A stretch of 64,000 nucleotides of DNA from Monocercomonoides exilis PA203. Lineage: Eukaryota > Protista > Preaxostyla. A program made the position numbers and the translations under genes. The number at the start of each line of letters is the position of its first letter. Within the stretch, counting starts at the first letter, position 1. Shown in pieces: positions 1-12,000 of this stretch. The stretch covers positions 372,001-436,000 of the forward strand of contig LSRY02000002.1 in the NCBI GenBank assembly GCA_001643675.2, in the 5' to 3' direction. The notes under the pieces are model-generated. The model was not told the origin of the DNA. It ran no database searches and worked only from the letters and a program-made list of their open reading frames with translations.

Positions 1-3000
1 ATTAGTGGAGCTTGAAAATAATCAGATTCTGTGTTTATTTTCAATGAATAAGGATGCTGACAAAGGAATTCTGATAGCCTTGCCAGAAGAGTATGCAAAG
101 TGAGGAAATTCATTTGGATTGACAAACATTTTTGAGATAAAGAAATTGGTAAAAGCTGCGATGAATAGATTTGTTGATGGGCTTTGGGAGATGAAGAATA
201 ATTTTGTTGATTTTCAGAAATTATGTTCAATTGACTATGCTTCAAACCAGAACCGGAAACAATTACGAGTGGAATGCAAGAATGTTCAATTTCTTTCTTC
301 ACATTGTACTTAAATATTGGTGAATCAAACAAACGGTTTGTCCATGATCCAACAAATATTGTATTCACAGTTTCAGAAAACGTTACAGAAGACGCTTCAT
401 ACAAAAATACTTTCATTATCCTCTCAAATCCGTGATAGAGCTTCAATGAATGAGGAGACTGAATATTTGAGTGGATTGAAGGAGGAAGAGGAAAAGATTC
501 AAAGAAAGAGATCAAAGGTGACCAAATACTGAGAAGGAGTAGATCACGAGAAGAAATTGAAAGAAGAGCAGGAATTTTGTCGAACAACAAAGAAGACGAT
601 GATTGGGCCGAAGAAGATGTTTGACATTGTAATGACGAAATGTTGGATGAACTGTAACTTTCCAAGGCATCATTTTGTTTACCACTAAATAATCCGATGA
701 TGTCAATTCTTTGAGAATCTGCTGAATGAAGAGAAGAGAATAAACAGTCAAGTGCAGATAGAGCGATATGAGAAAGTGGAAGAGAGCATGGAATTAGTCG
801 AGAAGAACCAAACTTTTGAAATGAATTGGAAATTGATTTTTGATTAAAACGATGCAAAGTCAATTTAGCCATCGAAGGATTTGCGATAGAAGCAAAAGGT
901 GTTATGGCCGAAGAAGAGTAAGTTGATGAACTTGGATATTCTTCATTGAGAATCGAAAAGCAAGTGCAGAGCAAGTGGCTAAGAGGTGTCGAAAAAGAGA
1001 ACTCGTGGAGTTCTTCTTTGGAAGATGATGAATCTTCACAATTTAGGAATGATTGTGCCAACAGAGCTATATCATTCAATTTCTCTAATGAATTTCTTGG
1101 AATAATTGGAATTTTTCTCCCAACCTTTAACAGTTCAGAAAATCGTGAGAAAATGTTAAATGCCGAAAGAGGACTGCAATCTTTGCACTCACAAATTGAT
1201 CCAAGTTGTTGCCTTAATTTTTCTGAGTCTGCACTTGAAGCAGTGCATTCATTTTCTTTTTCCTCTTGCTGCTTGAGTTGATTGTTGTCTTCAATGTTCT
1301 CTCTATTTGAATCATTGCTATAACACTTCAAGACAAATGAGCTTGCATCTGGAATGAATGCATCCCCGAAAGACCGAAGCAGTAAAAGTGAAACTTCAGT
1401 TTCCGAACGGCAGATCGAAGCCATTGTGGGACGAGATGTGCTGAAAAGGAGAGGTGTTGAAAAAGAAGAGTCAAAAGCTGCGATCATATGACTTTGAGGT
1501 AGAAAGCTATCTGATGGTGCTGATTGAACATCTTGATTGTCATTTTTCAAATCTTGTTGGCTCAATCTTGAAGGCTCTGAATAAACATCCAAAGGCGTTA
1601 CTGAAAGAGTGGCAAGAGGTTCTGTAACCTCGATAATTGCTGAGCATTGCACATTTTTCACGCCAAAAGAATTATCAACGTCATGCATCAATTGCTTTGA
1701 CACTTTGCTTGCTGATTGCCCAAACTTGGATTTGATGATCTTCGCCCGAACCGAACTTCCATATGAGCATAGCAAATAATTAGACATATCACAAAACTGC
1801 TCTTTTAAAGCAGAGTTTTCTTTTTTTGAATTGTCTTCAATGAGAGATTCAGCAGAAGAGCTCTGCTTCAATGAAGCAGAACTCTGAGTCAAGTTTTGTG
1901 CACCGTCTTGTGAATTGTGCATGTCAGGAAGAACAAAAGCGTTTTTGACTGAATCAGAGTCTGATCTATCTGTTTGCACACACCATGAACTCGAAAAAGA
2001 ATTTTCATCTCTGAAATCAGATCGCTCTGTTGTTGAGGCTTCCGAACTTTCTTCTTCTTCTTCTTCTTCTTCTTCAGAATTATCATCTTCGCTCTCTTCA
2101 ATTGATTCTGTGGCTTTATCACTCTCTTCTTTTTCCTTTCTCGTCTCTTTTTTATCTTCGTCCTTTTCGACCTTTTCATTTTCAACTTTTGCTTCTTCAA
2201 CTTTTTTATCAGATGATAAATTTTCTTTTTCATCAACATCTTTCTGCTCTCCAGCTATTTGACCAATACTGGAATTTTGAGTCGTTTCTAATTTCCAATC
2301 TTTTTCATATTTAAATCCATCATCTTGATAATTTGTTGGAGATGAAGGAGGAGTCAAAAATGGATCTGCAACATAAACTTGCTCCGATGGCAATGATCTT
2401 TCATCTTCGTGGTACGATTCACCTTTGGACTCAAAAGAATTATCTTCTTTTTCTGCGTTTATTTCAACTTTTATTTTCTTGTATTGTGACATTTGTTCAT
2501 CAATATTATTCACTTGAGCATGTTGAGGTTGCAATACTGCTTTTCTTTCTTCCTCTTTTGAATTCGTCTCATTGTTTATAGGCACTGGATGCTTTGGTGA
2601 ATCCGAATTTCCTTCATACAACTCAGAATCTATTAAACGAGGAGAAGGCGAAGGAGTAAGAGATTCATTTGCCAAATCTTGAGCGACCTCTTTAGGTTCA
2701 ACAACTTTTTTATGATGCAGTTTCTTATGATGTTTTTTCCTTTCTTTCTTTGAAAGTTTTTTCTTCAAAGTTGAACCTTGTTTTGCCGCTGAAGAAAATT
2801 CTTCGTCTTTTACATCATTTTGCTGAATAAATGCCAAAGCCCGAGTCAAAAGAGCAGAGCAGCAAGAATCCCACTCAGCCATATCTTGAAAATCGCACAC
2901 ATCTTCAATCCCAAATCGAATTGAAGAATATTGTAACAAAAGTGATGAATAATCAATCACTTTGAGAGAAATGCAAGTATCGTTGGATCTACTCAATGAA

Positions 3001-6000
3001 TGCAAATCATTCTCCACAGGAATACTTAAAGTTGGAGTTATTTCATCTTTCATAAGTTTGTTAATCTCTGTCATAATATCTTTGAGCGATGAAGCTTCTC
3101 CAAAATTTTCACACTGAGATTGGAGTTCTGGCAATGAGAGTTCAAGATGCGAAATCGAGTAAACAAACAACTTCCAAAGTTGCATCATTAAATTTATTGA
3201 ACACGATTGACTTAAAGAATCATTTGATGAATGTTGCGACCCATTAAGAATACGAGAAAATAGTTGGATGAGCAATGCAATTGAAGAAAAGCGAAGTGGA
3301 GGACAAGATACAGCCAGAAAGATGGCATATCCAACGACATTATGAAGGATGCAAACAGAAAACAAAGGCTCTAAAGATGAAGAAATGTAACTTAAAGCTT
3401 CGAATGATGAAGCCACAAATTTGCATGCAGTCAGATACATCGCTAATAGCTGGCGTTTTTGTGCTATTTCCAAAGATTCAAATAGCAAAGAAAGTCGAAC
3501 AATTTCGCCATTTGCTTTTAAAGTGGATGAAACCATATGCGATGAAGTCTCCTCATCGCTTGAATCAATTATCTTCTTGTTGTTTGTAAAAACTCCTTCA
3601 AAAGTGTGCTGATCCCACTGAATACCAAGTGAATGCAAAAGCAAGCATATTTGCTGCAGTTGTGTAAATGCAAACTTAGTTATTCTCCAGCAGCCATTAC
3701 ACAGCTCTGATGAAAGAAGAAGCAATGTTTTTCTATTTGTTGAATGACTGCTTGTGGTAAAGATATTCTGAATTTGTGAAGAAGCAGAAGAAGAACCAGT
3801 AGATGATGAATTAAACGAAGAATTGCATTCATCATTGAAGTGGGAGGATAAGTCTTTATTTGAGCTCCAAAGATGAACAGACTGTGCAGCATACGAAAGG
3901 GTGTGCAGAGCCATCAAATAAACAAACGGAAGAGATATCTTTTCTCTGTGAAAAGAATCTGTGAAAACTGAATTAATTGTTGGTGTAGATCCAAACGAGG
4001 ATGGTTTCGCTGTCTGTATTGATAAAAGAAATGATGGATGAATGAAACAAGGCCAAGATTCAACAGGCTTGAAATCGTCGCCAATCAAACAGCCATCAGA
4101 AGTATCATTCTGAGGTTCTTGAGCAGAAGCATCGATTTGATGAGATATCTCCAATTGTGCTTCGTCTTTCAATGGCATTGGCTGAATGTTGTTAACAGCT
4201 ATATTATCTTCTCCTTCATCAATGCAATCATCTTCGATTGGTATGTGATTCGCATCTTGATAGTATTTATGGAGCTGCTTTAGAGATAAATATGGTCCAA
4301 GAGGTGGAGGCACAAAACGATGCCCCACACTCCCTGTAATACTATCGCAAAAGTTTGAAGAAGAGGAAAGGAAACTCCGAGTGAAAGGAGAAGTTGCAGT
4401 TCCGCAGAGTGATATAAGAACAAACAGATGTCGGATATCTTCATATTCCGTCAGAAGCGGAAAAGGAGTTGAAAATGGAACGACATCAACAGATTTTGAA
4501 TGATCTTGAAACTGACCCATCTGACAGTCCATCAAATCCGTACTGCCAGTTGCATCTGAATTGCTGGTTTGATTAACTTCATTTATCACCTTTTCACAGC
4601 ACGGATAATTTAACTGCGGAGAAACATCCTTTAAATTGTAGAATCCGCTCGCAATCCACCATTCTTCTCTCACATGCTTCTTTCTTTCAGCTGCCTTTGA
4701 GCTATTCTTTGCAGATTTTGATCTCTTAACTCTTTTCTTTGAGACATTCGAAGCAGAGAACAATACTCCAGTCTGCGAGAATATGGATTTCTGCATTGTG
4801 CCTGCCGATTCGGGACCGACAAGAGCAGCAGAGAAAGAAGCAGCAATTGTGCGCGCAATGATAGCATGCCGCAGAGGAGAAGAAGATATTGATGAAAAAA
4901 AGAGAAGCGGATTGATGAACGAGCGAGACAAAGGAGGAAGGAACGGAGAGAAGCATCGATGAGATGTGGAGTGAGCAAGAGAAAACGAAAGCTTTGAAAG
5001 TGGGTCAGCCAACTGAGTCAATGCATTTTCAGAATTGTCTGTTGGATGATCTTTTGAAGCTGAAAACAGATCGTTAAGAAACGATGACGAATCTGAAGTG
5101 CGTAGTAATGGATTAATCCGACTGAATTGAAGGTTATACGGAGATGATGTATCTTTTGCACCTTCAATTTTAATTTCTTCTTCTGTGGATGAAGCCACAG
5201 ATGTTGACCGAGAATGAGTTTGGGATTTCTGCTCGCTTTTGATCTTCATTTCTTTCGCCTTGTCTGTTAACAACGCAGCGGAATATGTATCAAATGCCAT
5301 CTGAGCATCTGACAAAGAAATGTGTGGTGTGACAGGCGATGGAATTGCTCTAGGAATAAATGGCTCAATCAGAATTAATATCGTTGCAGATTTGTGAGGG
5401 ACAAGCGAACACAACGGGCAGGATATCATTTTCTTGAACTCTGTCACAAATGATACTCGTTCGTTATTGCGCGAATCTGAAAGCTGAATTGCAGAAAACA
5501 AAGGAAGTGGAATGTCATTCACATTTTGAATGAGAGAGTTTGCACGAGACTCAAAAGAGACGGCATTAAACAAGTGACATCTATGCGGACATTTTCTGAT
5601 GCTTTCTTCACAAAATATATGAAGAGATGCCCACACACAGCGCCACATTTCTTTGAGAAATCGAAGACTGTTTGAATATGCAGCAGATTCATCTGACTCA
5701 CTGCAAATGGACAATTCAGAGATTTTCAGATTTTCATTCAACGAACTTTCAGCAGCTTGATTGATACCATTTGAAATGTCTGCTTTTGCTTCGAGAATGA
5801 GTTCATGAAGTTTGAAGAGCATAACATGAATAAGATGCACAACAGCATCACTTACCACACCCGAGCCAAATATCAGACAGTTGGTCAATAAAGCTCCGAA
5901 TTCCTGAGGAAACATCAGAAAACGGTTTGATTGAACAGTGTTCTGTTGAACTTCTTCAAATGTTGATTCATTCAAACAGGAATAATAATTTTTATGCAGT

Positions 6001-9000
6001 TTTGCAATATTTAAGGAGATTGCTTTCAATTGAACCACAAACACATCAGACAAAGAACGCACAATTTGAGCCAGGGAAGTTTCCCATTGAACATACTGCG
6101 TTTTTTCTTGTGTTCGCTTTGCAGAAGCAGGCGTTGGCGAAGACGAGCGAGAGACTGAGAAAGCACCCAAAGAGGAAGAAGGTGCATGGTGACTATCAGA
6201 ATTTGATGATTGCGAAGGAGTTCTTGAATGAAAAGCCATAGGCATATCTGAAAGAGTTTGCTCCTCCTCATCACTTTGGCCGATGAATTCGCTGACTGTA
6301 AAACGAGAACGGAACAACGAGCCAAACCAGATTTGCTTTGACATTGAAATTATTTGTTGAATTGTGCTCACCACAAATTGAGAGTCTTCCACAGAATCCC
6401 AATGACCAGTACTCAAAATGGTTGCCAAGGTGTCCATTGCTGCCGTTCGAAGCTCTATTTCTGAATGTGCCAGCATTTTCAGTAGAATTAGTATTCCCAA
6501 ATGATACGAATGGACTGCTGAATGTTTCACAGAAGAAGACTCTTCATTGGAAGGCCTTTGCTCAAATTCTCTTTCAAAATGAACAGATTCATCAGACTGG
6601 TAATTTGATTCTGCAAGCAGTTTATTTTCCTCTTTACTCACTTTTTGATTTAACACACCTTTTTCTTTTCCAATTTCAAGCGACGTTTCACTTTCGCGAA
6701 GCATTTGCTTTTTGCAATGGTCAATCACAACCCAAACGAGATCAGCGGCAATCAGAGACACAGACAGATTTCTGTTCACAAAAGTGACAGAAGCAAGAAC
6801 AAGCAGAAGATCAAAGCAGACACGAGGAGAGAGCAACGACAAGCAGTCTCTTGCCAAATATGACAAAAGATCAATGCAATCCCACATTAGAGAAACAGGG
6901 ACCTGCTGCTTCTCAACAGCAGAAAAGAATTTGTAATTTCCAAATGAACTTGCAGATGGTGAAGAGGTGCGCTTTTCAAAAGAGTTATCAGACATGACGG
7001 AATTCTGACTCTGTTGAGGAACAGGAGATATGCTTAAGGACTGTTCATTTTCTTCTGCATATTTTGAAGATGATACAATCTCAATAACTTCCAAAAACGT
7101 AGATGATTCATTCCGATAAGAACGAAGCAGCTTCTTGACAGCAGCAAAATGTCCCACTTTCCATATATCGCCTAGCGAATCATCTTCAAATTCATTCACC
7201 GCAAACAGCTTCAAATACTTTCCAGCTTCAGTTTGAGTAACAGTATCTGAACGAGAGCATATAATGTCTTTGAAGGGGAGTCTCAGCAAGTCTGCGATGG
7301 ATGCAATAATCGTCCTGAATTCGTCTTCGTTCAATTGCTTGCTCCACACATCAACAAGATCTCTCTCTGCTTTTATTGCACAATGTCTCACATCTGTCTG
7401 CTGGCTTGTTTGAAGAAGAAAACGGATGAAACTCAAAAGCAACTGAACACTGTGTGTGGTGTTAAGTTTATTCTCATTTGCTTTATTTACGGTATGATTT
7501 GAGTTTTCTGCTCTGAGAAGCATTAGCTGCGAAAGAAGTAATCCAACAGCCTCAACAGATATGGCACGAGGGAAGAAAGCGGAAGACTCTGAAAGCTCAT
7601 ATAAGACAAGGAACAACCGACGAGAAAGAAGAGGAAAGCGAAAGATGTTGTAGCGACAGACATCAAGCAATGAACACAGTGGCATTGAATAATATCTGTG
7701 CTCGTTGGTGGCAGAAGGAGCAACGGATGGCAAAAAGAGATAGCTCGAAATTTGTGCCTCTGATGAAGTTTCCTTTGAAGGTGAAGAGGAAGGCGAGCTA
7801 TCATTCACATCTGCTGATTGTGGATTCAAAGAATTAAAATACTTTTTGGATTTCATTAGAGGGAACAATGGCGATTGTACAGGCTGATACAAATGCACAT
7901 TTTCAAATGGCTTTTCTGAATATACTTCAAATGGATAATCTTCAATGCAATCTTCAAAACTGTGTTCTTTTTCTGTGCTATCAGAAAATACGGAACTAAC
8001 ATCATCCTCTTTCTCACTTCCAATTCCTTCTTTGATTTCATTTCCTTTCAGTTCTTTATCATCATCATAATTTCTTTCACCTTCTTCATTTTCCTCACCT
8101 TCATCTCCAATCCATTCATCAAAGTGATTGTCAACGTCCAGCCAAAAGCGGAACTGCTCGTCTTCTCCTTCTTCAGACAAGTCATCGTGGCCAATCTCAC
8201 TGAATATCCCGCTGTCAAATGGAGACAGTGAATCTATCAATACTTCTGCTTGCGGAGCAAGCTTCGGCGATTTTTCTGAAGAGTCCTGTGAAAATCCCAT
8301 CGAACTCTTCAGTTTTGGACTTTTTTCAGAGTTTTCTGAATGAATTTGGCTTTTCTCGTCAATTTCACAAGTTTTCCTGTTCTTTTTATACAGTTTTCGC
8401 AGAATTCTGGCAATGACTGGATTTCTGACACAAATGTCTCTTGCTCTCTTCTGCTTCGCAATGCGCTTTATGATTCTTTGCCTTCTCCTTAAGCATTCCG
8501 TTTTGAGCCACCAGCACTCAGATTCTTCAAAAGCATCTTCTTTTCCTTCACTTCTCAATTCCCTTTCTGATTTCTTTGAATTCATTTGTTCTGAATGAAT
8601 TTCTATATCATTAAATGGACAATTCTGTGCCAATTCTTCTTTGCCAAGGCAATGTACACACTTCATAGCATCATGTGTAGATAGCATCTCATTCACATTT
8701 TCACTTTTGATGCTTGCTTTTCTGGCTGTTGACAGCGATGCCAACGAATCAGACCTCGAGTGCAACAGCATAAAAGTGAATTCTGTATTTGGAGACGGAC
8801 CAAACAAACTTGTGAAAGGCGTGCGAAGAGAAGGCAAGAGCAGTCTTCTTGAGTTTTTGATGTTGGCTTTAGAGAAAATTGAGATCGTTGCTTGCTTCAG
8901 AGAGATCTGCTGAGTGTGACGCTCCACACTCGGCCGAATGGAGTTGACTGAGGAAATTCCAATATACACACTCGAGCTATCGTCATCACTGTCTCCGTCA

Positions 9001-12000
9001 TTCGTCGTCTGCTCTGAATCATCCAAGGAAAGGTACTGCGTGGTGTATGGAGGAGGTGGAGAGGATGTAAGTGACGACGATGAAAAATCTTCGTTTTCGG
9101 ATTTTTGTGGGTCAACATAAGAATTGTTCGAAGCAACTGATTGGAGATCATAATCATCTGATTGATATGGCAGCGCAGATGTAGATGTAGCAGCTGAAGA
9201 AGACGAAGAAGAAGTCAGAGTCAGTGAAGACGAATCATCAGTCGTCTTTTGGCATGCCTGTGTTTCTCTTCTTCTTGTGCTCAGTACAACTGAAAACGGC
9301 TCCAAAGCTGAGTAAGACATTCTCTGTGCCATCACATCGATCTGCTCGTCTGACATAAACACGCTCATCGCAAAGAAACAGCGGGACAGCTGCTTTGCCA
9401 GTGCGAATTCTGGATCACCAAACTTGTTTGCCTGCTGAAGCAGCTGCAAAAAGCGTGTCACGACTGGAGACACTGCCTGCCACAAAGGAAACAGCTGGAC
9501 AGCGTCCAAAAGGCAGCTCGAGAGGAGTGCGGTGCAGAATGTGACGAGGCTGCTGTTGATAGACACCTTCTCCAAATGGGCAAATTGAATGTTGCGCAGC
9601 TTCAGCTGGGCAGGCGCAGAGGATGTCGAAGCAGATGCTGCTGCAGAAGAATAAGAAGACGGAGTCATCGAAGACGCATCAGACATGCTGAGCGAGGCGG
9701 TTGCAATGACAGATGCTGAAGAAGAAGAAGACAATGAGGAGGAGGAGGAGGAAGAAGAAGAAGAAGAAGGCAGAGACAAAGACGATGAAGAACTTCCCAG
9801 TGTAGATGAGTACACACCTGTTGATGATGTCACATGAGCAAATGGATGTGACCCAAAAGCCGCTGAAGACTGAGAAGGGGAGGAAAAGGAGACCCGGTCT
9901 GTGTCCTGTGGATGTGAATGTGCCAGAGGAGTAAACAAAGGAAGTGGCTGAGGGGATAATAATGCTTCCACATCAGGTGAGTCCAGCAAATCGTGTTTTG
10001 CTTCGTGGATGTGCCGGCGCGTGTGCCGATGGCCGGTGGCGGAATAAAGCAGCTCCGATGTGATGGATAGCATGTGGAGCAAAATCCAGTTGGCGACAGA
10101 CGTCTGCTGCAGAATGACAGCGGTGTGCAGAAAGCGGTGGAGCACAACAGCTGCCAGCGACCACTCATCTTTGGTGACAAACAGCATCTGCGCATCGCTC
10201 GGCACCTTCTGCACTTTGAAGGAGGAAGGAGACGAGGCATTTTGAGATGATTGAGAAAGCATGTTTGCTCTGTCCTTTAAAGAACCTGAATGGATGCTGT
10301 CTGAACCACACTTCATCTGAAGCAGCCGATGGTGGCTGAGAAGCGGATAGCGCTGCAGAAGATGGTAGCTTCTCCAGAAAAAGAAGCGAGAAGAAGGGAA
10401 ATTCAGCTTCGAGCGATTGAAATAGCTGAGCCTGCCAGTTGGTTTTGGCAGAGTGAATGAAGATGACAAAAATGGGCTGTTTAATTGCGGAAGAGCAGGA
10501 CTCCGAAGCACAGCACCAGATGGCAACAGAGAAGAAGAAGAAGATGATGATGAAATCAAAGATGCCTCTGCTGACGAAGATAAGGATGAAGGCGAAGAAG
10601 AAGAAGAAGAGGAGGAGGAGGAGGAAATTGTGGAAGAGGCAGGAGACGATGGGATAGAACGCAAAGAGCCTGCAAAAGCATCAGACGAAGCAAAAAGTCT
10701 GTTATTTGCCACAATCCATTGCACCGTCCTGATAATAGCACCATACGCAGCCCCAACAATAAGCTGAGCCTCAGATACGAAAAACGCAGGTGGCGGGCGA
10801 TGGAACGTGAAAGTGATCGGAGCAGCATTCGCTTCAGTGGGTGACTCTTCTGTGTTGGACTCATCTTCGTTCCAAATGAGATACAGCTCAGCAGGCGTGG
10901 CCTTGCGATACTCGTTGTTCATCGCTCTTTCTCTTTGCTCTCTTTGCTGGATCCATGGCAGTGCAGCCAAGTTCCCTCTCTCGTCATTCTCCAGCAGAGA
11001 AGACAAGCAGAGCGAAGAGTCCTGCTTCTTCTCAGCTGCAATACCCCTCCGCGCAATCGAGGCAATCGAACACACAAGAACCACCTGCGCCGACAGAGCA
11101 AACAGCAACGTCGTTTCATTCAGCTTCGCCAAGTCCACATCGGCCTCTTCGCCATGCTGCTCCTTCCGCCCAATCCAATCGCTGAGGAACTTCTCCATCC
11201 GCCTCTCTTTGTCCTTCTCTCTTTTTGCTTCCTTTCCCTTTTCCGCCGGCTGGTTGGAAGACGATGGGATGTCAAACCACAGCTGCGAGGAAGAGAAAAG
11301 ATCGAGATTCAGCTCAATCAGCGGTGACACCTCAGGAGGTGTGGGCTTGCTCTGCTTTGAAGAACCAGCTTCACTAGATTGGCCTGATGTTTTTGCTGAT
11401 TTTGTGTCATTTGCTTCATTGGACGAAGCTTTTGACTTGAAAAGAATGGAATTTGAAGCTCTTTGCGAGATTGAAGTTTTTGAGCGGGGAATGAGATTCA
11501 AATAGATTGTGAAGCGATCGACAGGAGTGAAAGGCGAGCGACCCAAAGAAGAAAGGCCAGACGCTTCTGACTGGCCAACCATGGCAAACGAAGCAGGAAG
11601 AGCAGATGTTGGCGCAGAAGAGGAGGAGGAGGAAGAGGAGGAGGAAGATGAATAAGAAGACGAAGTGAAAACAGGAGCCATCATCAAGAAAAGCGTGTCT
11701 TTGACTGTTTTCCCGTTGAGCGACGCCGACAACCGCGCAGCCTCGTCGCCTCTGTCAGCAGCAGCAACGATGTTGTCGCTGACAGCCAGCAGCTCTGCAA
11801 ACACAGACGGAATGCTTCCCTGTGGAGACTGCATTTGGCTGCTGCTATTTGGATCCAATGCAGCAATCGAGCCAGGAGATGTGATGCAATACACAAAGGA
11901 GAGGAGCTCTGGCTGGGAGAAGATGGCATACACAATACGAGCAGCAATAGAGCGGCTGAGGCTGTCTGGGGAGTACGAAAGAAGAGAGATGGAGTGGAGA